A stretch of DNA of 64,000 bases from Paraspadella gotoi (lineage: Eukaryota; Animalia; Chaetognatha). The notes beneath the pieces were generated by a model, which worked only from the letters and a program-made list of their open reading frames with translations, was not told where the DNA came from and did no database searches. Of the stretch, positions 10,880 through 29,222 are shown piece after piece. How positions within the stretch are numbered: position 1 is the first letter of the stretch; each line of letters starts with the position of its first letter. Made by a program: the position numbers and the translations under genes. The stretch is from positions 14,997,897 to 15,061,896 of the forward strand of contig CM119268.1 in NCBI GenBank assembly GCA_051294375.1. The letters run 5' to 3'.

Positions 10880-13800
10880 ATGGCGCTTTACAAACTTCGT
10901 CGAAACCCTCGGCGCCTTTCTATCGCCGCCCTCTGCTCCTTTGTTTGTTGGTTCCTTCCGCCACCGACAGATGTCGCGGCCGCCACGTCAATTTACGTCG
11001 TGGAAGTGGAAAATCCCGAAGTCGGCTACGAGTATTCGAAATTTTCTTGTAAGGTATTATTTTTCCGTCGTTCTTTCTTGAGAAAGACAAGCACGTAGTT
11101 GTTTCTTGCTTCTTTTTTTTTTTAAAGCCAATTCTTTTAATCGCGATTTAGGGAAAGACGGGCGGCCCCTTTCCCGACCCAGACGATTGCGCCATCTATC
11201 ACCATTGCATGTTCGGAAGAGACTTCACGCAAAACTGCGCCAAAGGGTTTGTCCTCATTTCTGAAATGCTTTTTTTTCCCCCAATTAATATCTGTCGATG
11301 TCTTTGCTTTCTGCCAAGAATGGGAAGGAACATTTTCTTTCCTCCCATCTTAGACTGCGTTTTAACCCTCGGCTCCTCGTCTGCGATCTGGCGGCCAAAG
11401 TCAAAAACTGCGGCGCCAAAGTGAAGCCGACGCCGTCCAGCGCCGCTACCGAGAAAACGGAGACGACGAAGGAGACGACGAAGAAGACGACGAAGAAGGC
11501 GATCGAGAAGACGACGACTAAAAAGGTGACGTTATGGCAACAGCCGGGTTTCCTGTGATGCCCATTGGGATGGGGCATCTCACTGTTGGCTTTGGGGGCT
11601 TCCGACCCTCAGTGACGCCTCCTGTTACTGGCGCGGTTACCCTAGAACGGTATCGCTTTGCCAACGCAGAGTCGTTAGGACTGTGGATGGAACACAAAGC
11701 TTGGGATGGTGAGTTCCCCCTCTGAGCCAATGGGATTGGCTGAACGATGATGGACGTCAGGCGGTGTGAATATACTGCCACAACGTTTGAATAAGAGAAT
11801 GATACTCTGGTAAAATTCACCCTTATTAAGCCAATGGAAGAATAGAAAGAAAATGTCCAAAGGTTCGTAGATTACGAGGAAATTTCAAGTTTGTAGATTT
11901 GACTGTTATATGAAAGGAATGAATGAAATGAAATGCCCATATAAGTTAGGAGGAAAGATACGACTTTGCTTGTTGAACGGATCAATAATCGTTATATTGG
12001 TGTTAGCAATTTCATAACCAACAGCTCCTGTTAATTCTCTTCATGAAAGGTTTCGGTGGTGACTCGACCTCCCACGATTCCTTCGTCCACGATCGTCTTC
12101 GGCGCTGAATTTTGTCCTCCACAGGGCACCTACGTTTTTCCATCCAAACAGGGTGAGAGATCGTTAAATGAAAAATGATTGGTTGACAATCATTCGTCAA
12201 TCTTAATTTGTTTTTTGCATAAAAGTGTTTTTATAAGTATTTCCCCAAACTTCATTCGAAATTCAAGAATGTTCAATGAATTGTTCATCGTCTAATTCGA
12301 CCCCATTTAGGCTGTCATATATACGTCAGATGTTACGAGGGTCTTCGAGAGATCAACACCTGCCCCTATCCAAAGTACTTTGACGAGGCAACCCTCACCT
12401 GTCTCGATTGGCGCCGTGTCAAGTGCGGCGATAGGCCCGAGGTACGTATTGCTCATCATACATATTTTGGCACTATTTTCCGAAAGCGTTACTTAATCCC
12501 TTAATTGTATTTTAACCTTAATGTTTAACTCTGATCTTTTTTTTATACTTATTCTAATCCCTAACCCATACCTAATACCTAATTACCCATACCTAATTTT
12601 TAATCCTTATCCCCAACTACAATACCTAATCTAAAAACCTAACCCCTAATCTTATCTTCTAATCTTAAACCCTGATCCCTAAACCGAACCCTTAACCCTA
12701 ATCTTAAATTATAATTCTAATCTCTAATTTAATTTTTAAGCTTAAAAATTAACTTAATTCGGAATTTAAGCCGAAATTGGGCACTTTTGTAAAATATGGT
12801 CCATATTTGTAGCATAATTTCAATTCACTTTTTCGCACCTGAGGCTAAAGAGCCATGTGAGTACAGAATCGGGGCTCCGGGAGAAATCAGAGCTCCGCCT
12901 TGTTGGTTGACTCCCACGTGCAAGGAGAAGTCCAACGATATGTATGCGGACGTTAGAAGGGATTGCAGGCGAGTTGGTTCAGATTTTGATCTGATTTGAT
13001 TTGTAATGCTCAAAGATGTGAGTTAACACATTAACAATACATATTGTTAATGAGAATTTTGTCTTGCTCCTCTCATTAGCGAGACTATTTTTTAACATCC
13101 ATTCATCACTAGGCTATTAAGATGTATTTAAATTAAATCCATCTTCCGTTTCAGATCGTTCTACCGCTGCGAGGAAGGAAGAACGATGGAACTAAAAAAG
13201 TGCGACCAGGAAACTGAGTCCGCGTCACTCTCGGCCTTCGGGATGATGTTCAGGTGAATGAAGAAGAGTCGCTCTCGAGAATTCGCCAGAAGGAGGTTCG
13301 ATGTTGACAAAAATTGGAAGCAAGCTTTAAAATTTGGCTTGAACTTATTTTCTACTTGCCAATTTTTTATGTCTTCGTGACTATTCCTATAGTGCTATGT
13401 TTATTCTTATCATTGCACCGCAGTATAACAAATATTGTGCCGACCATTCCTTAAAAGTATCAGCAGAGAACGCTCGAAAAATTACGCCCAAAAATTACGC
13501 ACAGAAAATTATTGTTTTATATATCTAATACCGGAAGAAGTTTTCGCAATAAATTAAAGTCTCAATTTCATGTTATTATTGGTTATTGTTGTATGTTATT
13601 GTTATTGTTATATGTTATTATTATTTAGCGAAAAAACTAAACGATGCGAAGACGCGATGCTCGTCCAATTTCCCTGCGGCCCAAACCTTCCTCTGAGTAA
13701 AAAGGGTCAACCCAAGTGTCCCTCCGGTGCTGACGGATGGTGGGGCGATCCATTTGACTGCAGGGTCTACCACAAGTGCAGGTGAGAAGATATTAATAAA

Positions 13801-14141
13801 AGGTATTCATTAAATCGCCTCTATGACTATAAAAAAAACAACACATTCCTGATCGTTGACAACGTTTGTCAATTTTGTATTCGCCTCTTTCTGTTCCTTT
13901 CAGCAAAACCGGAAGGCAACAGACCTTTGTTTGTTCACCCGGAACCGTTTGGGATCAGGACAAGAAAGCTTGCGTCCTGAAGACGGCCAAGGAAGAGTTG
14001 CGGTAAGTTTTCTTCTTTGTTTGCCCTTTTTTTCTTTTTATCCCTCTCGCTCATTTTTATTTATTTACGCTCTTGCAGCTCGTTGGTTGTCTGTCGTGTT
14101 GATTTTTTTTTTACTCTCCTGTTTTTCCGTTTATTTTTTTT

Positions 14142-14238
<97 letters not shown>

Positions 14239-14367
14239 GCCTCCCCCGATCTCACACCATCGCCCTCCTGTCATCTCCCCCGATCTTTTCACAGATGCTC
14301 ACGGGTTTCGTCGTACATGTGCGATGGTCGGACGAAAGAGTCCTTGACGATGCCAGATTTGGACTGA
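10880..14367 (+). CDS. Secreted peritrophin-like protein with four chitin-binding type-2 (CBM14) domains and a Thr/Lys-rich linker
   Basis: Signal peptide, then Cys-patterned repeats such as CKGKDGRPFPDPDDCAIYHHC...NCAKGLRFNPRLLVCD, CPPQG...CHIYVRCYEG...CPYPKYFDEATLTCLDW, CKEK...DCRSFYRC and CPSGADGWWGDPFDCRVYHKC...CSPGTVWDQDKKAC. About 10 exons with canonical sites, except one GC donor at 12969. Confidence 0.88.
11533..11782 (-). mobile_element. Solo LTR of a divergent subfamily of the tRNA-promoter TRIM
   Basis: TGTGGCA...TGCCATA termini on -. ACGT duplicated at 11529-11532 and 11783-11786. Shares the core ACAGGAGGCG-TCACTGAGGGTC...GTGAGAT with the LTRs at 35804-36540. Confidence 0.8.
12469..12801. 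mobile_element. Degenerate MITE with internal CCCTAA/CCTAAT-like repeats (Merlin-like)
   Basis: Degenerate ~20-bp TIRs. 8-bp flank duplication catatttt/catatttg at 12461-12468 and 12802-12809. Confidence 0.55.
14146..14236. repeat. (CT)n microsatellite in the last intron of the chitin-binding gene
   Basis: Perfect dinucleotide run. Confidence 0.95.
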
Positions 14368-15315
14368 AAAAACCCCGACTTTTTGGGAATTAAGTCCGGG
14401 AACATTGCTTGTTTGGGCAAAATTCCGACCAATCGTGAAAGTTGCATTTTTAAAAAATGAACCCTATATTATTTAACGAGGCAAGCGCGTCACCCTATAG
14501 TAAGCAAACTTTGTACATTCTACAAGCAGTGAATCTAAACCGAAGCAAAAATCCTGATATACAAAGAAAAAGAAGACGTGGACGTGTTTGGAAAAGCGTA
14601 TGCTTTCTTTTTTATTGATGGATCTAATTTTTTTTATTATTGACCAACTGTGCTAGCGAAATAGAACGAACCCTCTTGACTTGCGTAGAATCTCAAGCTA
14701 TGATACTTTTGCGCAAAATGCTTGATTCTTATGCATCGCCAATTTAAAAAAAAAAAACGTTATTCTTTTGTTCTCTCGCTGTTTCTGAGTGTATTTCGAG
14801 CGCACCTGTTGATCAGGTGTCCTCTGTCGTCAAAAATTTGATTTATCCATAACTTTTTATGTATTAGCTACAAGGCTTGCTTCATATATTCCGCTCAAAT
14901 AAAATTTTGATATCGAAACTTGTTCTTAAAGTACTGTACTTTATAATTTTTTTAATGCTTATTATCGAGAAATATAGAAATTTATTACAAGGCCAAGATA
15001 GCTTGTTTATTGAATGAATGGATAATTTTATATTTTTTGAACCATATTCTGATTTTAGAAATATTCTTCGAAATTACTAATGGCTATTTTCTATATTTCT
15101 GGTCAAAATGGTCAAAAAGTAAGATCGATCGTTTCGCCAAATTAAATATGAGACAAGGCGAAAAGTCTCTCGATAAATCGCTTTACCCAAACTCTTAATG
15201 ACCGTCTCGGAAAGAGGGTGTTAACGACACGATTTCAAAACGGTCTCGCACTCTCGGTCAGGTTCATGCTCATCGCTTAGACAATATTATGCTATACTCT
15301 TTCCCTTTGCTTGAC

Positions 15316-15929
15316 TAGCCATAGCCGATGAAATTTAAATACTAATGTATACAGCGTTAAAATAATCTATCATGACCATAGATTATGGTATTAAAGTATT
15401 TTTTGTCAAAAATGCTTTCTTCTGAGGGTACTCGCTTAATTAAAAATATTATATTACTATATAGAACAAAAAATCTTTTTTAAAAATCTTAAAATTTTTT
15501 TATGGATTCTGATAGAGCATAAAAGTTAAACTAGAAATATAATTACAGCTTTTAAAAATTCTTACGTTTTCTAAGTGAAAATATAAAAAAAAAATAAAAA
15601 TCATCAAAAGATGATGATGATGATGATTTTTTATAGTTTTTCTCATTTTTGACACACTTATCGTAAAAATATTTAAAAAATAATCATACTTTGTGTAGAC
15701 AACTTTTTATGAGCTATCTGAATCTGGTCCTAAAATTCAAAAATTCCCAAAAAAAATTTTGGCCTTTCCTATCTATAAATAAATATTAAAAAATTAATTA
15801 CTAGGTATAGAGCCATATTAGAAATTTTTTGTCCATTGAAAGTATTCTTAAAAATGTCTAAATATTCGTTTGAGCATTGTACTCTCACTCTAAATTTTTG
15901 ACTTACCCCATTGAGTGCGGCTACCCCTA
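15316..15929. mobile_element. Foldback-type non-autonomous DNA transposon
   Basis: Termini tagccatagccg / cggctacccta-like. gcttgac duplicated at 15309-15315 and 15930-15936. Internal inverted arms (gattctgatagagcataaaagtt vs aactttttatgagctatctgaatc). Confidence 0.6.
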
Positions 15930-18133
15930 GCTTGACAGACTATGATAGAATATGTATATTGATCAATGATCAATGATCATGGAGCTATCCTTCTTATTAT
16001 TACGCGAAAAATTCAGATTTTATTGCCTGTAATTGACAAAGACAAATCCTTGTTGTAGTAGAGGTGGAAAAACAAGTCAAAAAAGGGAAAAAAAATGTTC
16101 GGCAAAGCCTTTGGCAAAGGCAAAGTGGAGAGTTTAAAACAACCCACGAGGCTAAGAATTTTTTGGATTTTGATCAACTTTCTTATGTATATCTTAGATT
16201 AAGCATCTCTTAAATTTCGTTTCGGCAACCATAAAGTTACTGTTCCAGGAATCAGATCAATGATATGCATTTTTTTCTAGATTCATCTGCCGTTACTTCG
16301 CCGCCGCCTTTTTACCTTGGACTCTCTTCATCGGTAAAAGCCTGAATTATTCGAAAAGTTGTAACGTCTCGGCAAGGGTCAGACTTTTACATATTTGCGT
16401 ATTGATTATTCAAACAAGGAGGGATGGATGAATCTTATGGATAAGAAAGGACACGCGAGGGATTTCCGAGACCTTTCCGAATAAGTCACCCTTTGTAATA
16501 AAGTGGAATAACGACGGAAGGTTGGCCAAACCGAAAAGGTTTTGAAGATTATTATGGAAGTACTTTAAACCTGACATTTCTTTTTGAAAGAAAATGGCTA
16601 AAAAAAGTATTCAAAAATTTCATAGGGGAAAATAATTTTCTTTTAAGAAATTCTTTTTATTTTTAAAAAATTCTAAATAATAACATTATCAAAGATTTAT
16701 TTAAAAAGTAACTAAATGGCGGTATGTAATAAAGCCGGAAAAACAGATTTTTTTTCTTAAATATACAAAAAAGATTTTCGCTCTAAACTAATTGGCGTGG
16801 ACATAAGCTTTATTGTCTCTTCTTTGAATGCTTTTTTTACAACGTATTTTTTTTTGTAACTCGCTTTTCTCTTTTTTAGTACCAGAGTTTTATTTGTTCT
16901 GTATCTTCATAATAGATGTTCTAAAGGAATTCTCAAAACTTTAAGATAAGACGTATCTAAGTTTTTTCGTGTTTATTATTTTTCGTTTCTTAATCCATGT
17001 TGACTTGTTTTCGAAATTTCCTTCCATTGGGACAGAGATTATTTCATGTGTCCAATTTATGGGGAAAAAATCATCGGAAAAAAAATCAAAAGGATCTCAT
17101 AAAATATAGACTAATAACGCCTGCTGTTTTTTTGTATAAAAACAAAAAATGACACGAAAATATGCAGTTAAATAATCTTCATTAAAGGAAAATATAATTT
17201 CTAAAGTTAATTCTTTAATCATATTGAATTATACGAGTTTCTACTTTCAATTTGTTTGTCAAGGATCCTTCAGTCTGTTATAAAATTTAAATTTCTTTAA
17301 CCTAGGTCAATGACAAGATTCAAGCGACATCCACTTTTCAACGAATGAACAAAAAACTAACAATAACATTTTTTCGGATTTATATGAGCGTCACAAACTC
17401 TGCACCTCCCAAACCGTCGAGCGCCACCGCATGAGATAAAATCTAAACTATCATGACGAAATAAAACAGAATGAAAACAAAAGTCTAAAAGAATTCAACA
17501 AATCGTCGGTGTGTATGATGCAATTAGAAGTTTCCATCATTCACCCCCCCGAATAATTTTTATTAGTTTCTTTTCTTTCAAAACCTGACTATTCGCGCAG
17601 ATGCTGAGTACTAGGTATACTTGTTCTTTTCTTTAAACCCTCTTTCTCTTCCTTTCTTTATGGCGACGACACACGACAAAAAAGAACAACAAAAAACAAA
17701 CTAACAAAATGACAACACGTAAAAAGCACTCATGGGAAACGCGTGCGTTTGGAAAGAAGAAAAAAGAAAAGTCGCGAGGCTCGCGAGGGAAAATATTTCG
17801 AAACTAGCAGCAGGTGAACCACGACATGACAATATATACTTGGCATACTGGAATTATACTATTTATAGTAGTTGTTTCCATAATTTAATTAAAAATATGT
17901 TTTAGACAACGGCAAAGTATATAATAAACTTTGTAATAATTTTTGCCGTTGTACAAATCAAAACGAATTTCTCCTTTAAATTCAACATATTTTAATTGTA
18001 TAAACACAGTAACTACTAAGTAGTTACGAATTGGCCTTATCGATTAATGGTGATGTAGGACATAACCACTAATGGCCCTAATGACAGAAAATTAAATACA
18101 ACATTTTACCTTTCTTTACAAATCTCCCGTTAG

Positions 18134-25109
<6,976 letters not shown>

Positions 25110-26395
25110 TAGATTCCGATTTCCTCGAATCGCGATTGACTTCGTCATTGCGAACGGAACTTTGATGGATTCCGACGTTTTTCACGGTTTTTGTGAAAGT
25201 GAAAAACGAGCGTGGTCGTGAGAAATGTCGATTTTCTTGTCGCTGGCGTCGAGAAGACCCGCGAGCAAGAACTCGTGGCGTGGAAGGAGTTCGCGCGGGA
25301 AAACGGAGCAAGAGCCCTTTTAATAAAAAAAAAAAAAAAAAAATTCTAAAGGTCGTTTGAAGTGGAAATTGTTTAGTGATTCTATGAGGTTTTTTGTCAA
25401 ATATTTAGGGAAGTTACCAGGAAAATACCATTTCTCGGAGTCACCTTGAAATTTGTCATGTGCAGAGATAAGGAAACGGTTTTCAGAAAGTAATGCCAGA
25501 AGCATTTTTATATTATATTAATACTGCCCGCTCTTTTATACGAAATACTGCTTTTTGCACACCCCCTAAACGAGATTACTTGAACTCACGAAACAGCCAT
25601 AACCAACAGAAAATCATTACTAACAAGGCTTGTGCTAATACTTACAAAGACATGTGATCTCTCGTATGACAAACGTGGTATCTAACACCCACTGAAACAC
25701 ACCTAAAATATATACGAAATATATTTTAGGAAACTTTTTTGGAAGTTGAGAAAGCTTGCGCTCCAAGCAAAATACATCCGAATGAAATAGTTTTCGTGTA
25801 ATCTGGTCCTCTTGTGTTAATATTGTTACAATATGTTAATTTTAAGTGTAATTTAGTGTTTGTTTATTCAAACTTAGTTGGCACAATAAAGTATGATCCT
25901 AGGTTGTTTTACTGGTTTAGGATTTTCATAATTTTCATGACCTTGTATCATCTGTAATTAATCGAGATTGAGCGCAACTCTCTTTGGACTTCGTGTGCTA
26001 ATTTTTGCTTCTATTGATTTTTTTTCACTGTCGTATTACAATTCGCTTTTTTAACTCACACTTCATACGCTAAGAAATAAAAAGGAATTGTTATCTAATT
26101 GAGCTATTAGTTTTTTTAGATTTAATAAAAACGAATCCAACAACTCTTGCTTTTATAACAGCAGTGCAGAATTAGTTGAAAATTTACACTCGAATGTGAA
26201 AAAAAAATTTGTGTTCGTGTTTTTTATTTTTATTTTTAAGAAACAAATTTTAATAAACAGAAACTAAATTAAAAATAAATTATTTAACTCATCTATCAAT
26301 CAATCAATGAAGCAATCAATTAACCAATCAAAATTATGTACTCAATCTATTTTGAGGAAATTCCTCGCTAAAGTATTTCTTCTCGCTTTTCTCTG

Positions 26396-28449
26396 TCACC
26401 GCGGATTCATGTAGTCTTCGCCAAAGTATAGCCGGAGATACTCGTCGATCTTCTTGTCGGAACAGGGGACGTGGACGAGGAATCCGTGAAGGTCGGCCGA
26501 GCAGACGTTGTCGGTAAAGTCCATTGAGTCGACGGTGCCGTGATGGTGGCGCGTGTCGTAGATCTTGCGTTCGTAGTTAAAGTAAAGATCCACCGTTTTC
26601 CCGCCTTTCACGAGGACCTGTTTTTATTGTTTGTTTTGTTTTACGTTTGATTTTGGTTGAAAATTATTGTCTGCGGAGAACTGAAGGTCGCTGAAGCACC
26701 CTGACGGTTTTATTTAAAAAGTTAAGAGGAGCGAAAAATACTTTATCATTTATACGAAATCGAAAGAAAAATAGCTCCTTATATCTTATTGGGTGTTATG
26801 ACTATTAGACTAATGCCTATTAAAGAGAAAACATTCCACAATATTAATTTAATACCCACAGACTTTAAAGTACCATCCTTCACTTCTTCTAATACGTCCC
26901 TTCTCTCCACTCACCTTGATATAAAACCCTTCTTGCTTCCCATGGATTTGGGGGAAGGGTCCGTAGTCCAATTTGGCTTTGAGCATCCTAAACTCGCGTG
27001 GCCGCCGCAAAATCTCCCTCATGATCCGAGGATAGTGGTCCATGCTGTTCCACTGCAGCAGATCCACGTCGGGGTCGCGGGGAATGATACTGCACTGGCG
27101 CCACCAGCCGAGTAGCGTCCCGCAGTTGAGCCAGGGGCGGATCCGAATGCTCTTAAGCAGCTTGTCAAGAGCGACGATGCTCTTCATGTAAGGCCAAATC
27201 TCCCGTTCGTCCCTGAGGCGTCGACTCTTGAGCCCGGGTCCCCGACGCCTCGCTCTATTTTTATCGCAGGCCTTAAACTCTGACGCCCCACGTTGCCAGT
27301 GAAAATACTCAAAGTTCTTGGGGGCGTAGAAAAGAGGAGGCGCCCCTTCGGGATCCGACCGGTCGTGGATGGGTTCGAGTTGGAACTCCTCGAAGGCCTC
27401 GGCGGGAATCTTAAAGTTTCCGTCGTCGTCGGGCTCCGGCCCCGCCCAGAAGTAGGTGGATCTGGGACGTCCGCGTCGATGGAGGATGCGGATGTGGAGA
27501 CGTTTCCATTCGTAATATGGAAGAGGAAAAGGATTGGAGGAAATGAAGGTAGGGATCACGTTGGAGGCGATGTCGACGATGACGAAGATGTTCGTCAAGA
27601 GAGGCCCTTCCTTCAGCTTGACGACTTTGACGAACTCGGCGCAGGAAATGACGAGGCTGCGGGATTGAAATGGGGGCGTGATTGGATGAGACTTTCACCG
27701 AAATTGTAGTTGTCCTTTGATTGTCCTATTAATGTCTTCCATTGTTATTGTTCTTGTCATTGGTGAATAAATAATTCTCTATTTAAACATTGTGTTGTAA
27801 ACATCTGTCACAACGTATATATATATACACATCGGCGAAAGGTCAAAAAGGAGAAAATTTACAAATTTTCTGAATGATAGTTTGAATATACGAATAAATC
27901 CTACTGCCACGCCTACAATTTCTCCTTTGTGCCGCCTCACCCTTCGTTCAGCGACTCCATAACCCTTTCCTCGTCGTCGGCAAAGATCCCAAACCGGCTG
28001 ACGACCGTCTCCGCGCTCAAGACGTTCGCCGTCAAGTTTCGTTCCAGCGACTCTAGAAAATCTTTTAATTCGAGGACAATGAGCTGCACGCGGAGGAGGC
28101 GGAAGCGATGGAGGAGGTCGTTGAAGATGGAGGAGGGGTTGCAGGAAGGAAGAGTGGAGGAGGATGTGGTGGAGGTAGAGGAGAGGGTCGCGGAGGTCGA
28201 CGAAGAGGAGGAGGAGGGAGAGGTCCGAGGGCGAGACGACGAGGAGTTGGAGAAGAACATCGTTTCGTAGGCGACGATAGACGTAGAAGTCGACGAAGAA
28301 GACGATGACGAGGAAACAAGGTTCAAAACGTCGTCGTTGTTGCTGTTATCGTTGTCGTTGGCCCGATGTTTCGTGGCTATTAAGAGTTCTACAATCACCA
28401 TGGCAACGGCGATCAGAGTCAAGTACAGAAGAAACTGACGCGGACGCAT
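26396..28449 (-). CDS. FKTN: Fukutin-like LicD-family phosphotransferase (type II membrane protein), 3 exons
   Basis: N-terminal signal-anchor and Ser/Thr stem. WLNCGTLLGWWRQCSIIPRDPDVDL matches the fukutin/LicD catalytic motif. Exons 28449-27941, 27656-26915 and 26617-26396 splice in frame; C-terminal VPC...YL...FGEDYMNP. Confidence 0.85.
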
Positions 28450-29222
28450 CTCGATTTTTTTTTGTTGGTTAAGTTATGAGACAAAGTTTATGTAAAAAAA
28501 AAAACAATTCTTTTGAGTGAACTGTACAGAGAAATTCTTCAATGCTTTCGTTAACTCAGTAATTCTTTTACTCGGCAACGACAATTGATTTATGGACTGA
28601 CAATTCACTATTTATTAACTGATTAAACGATTAATTCTGACTAATAAGGATGTTTTGATCAATTCTCAAAACAATATAAAATACTGAATTAGAACTTATA
28701 TTCATTGTTACTGTTATTTTCTTTTATTTTTTTGTTTTCATCAGTTATATTTTTTCAATGAGCCTGTAAATGTAAGTGTAACTGCATAAAAAATTTAATA
28801 TGAAATATACTTCTCACAATTTTAGGCTAAACTTTTTTTTGCAGAATAGAAAAAGAACTTTACAAAATAAATTCAGATAACTTTCTACTGAAATCCAGAT
28901 AACTAAAGAAAAAAATAATACAAATAGGAAAAAACTAATGTCGAACATGACAAATTAAACAACAAATGCGTATTATTGGTTTATATTTATAAACTATTTT
29001 AGCAATCATTCGATTTGCAAAACAAAACAAAATAACCGCAGAGTGAAACATGAAATGAAGTGGGAACAGTGGCGATAATAAAATCCTTAAAATAACATTG
29101 AGTGTTAAATCCAATCAACGAGTGTGACCACATAAAAGTTTTAGCACAATAGGATAATGTCTGACCACATAAAATTATCCAAATCGATATAAACAATGTA
29201 GTGAGACTGAGACGAAAAGTTT

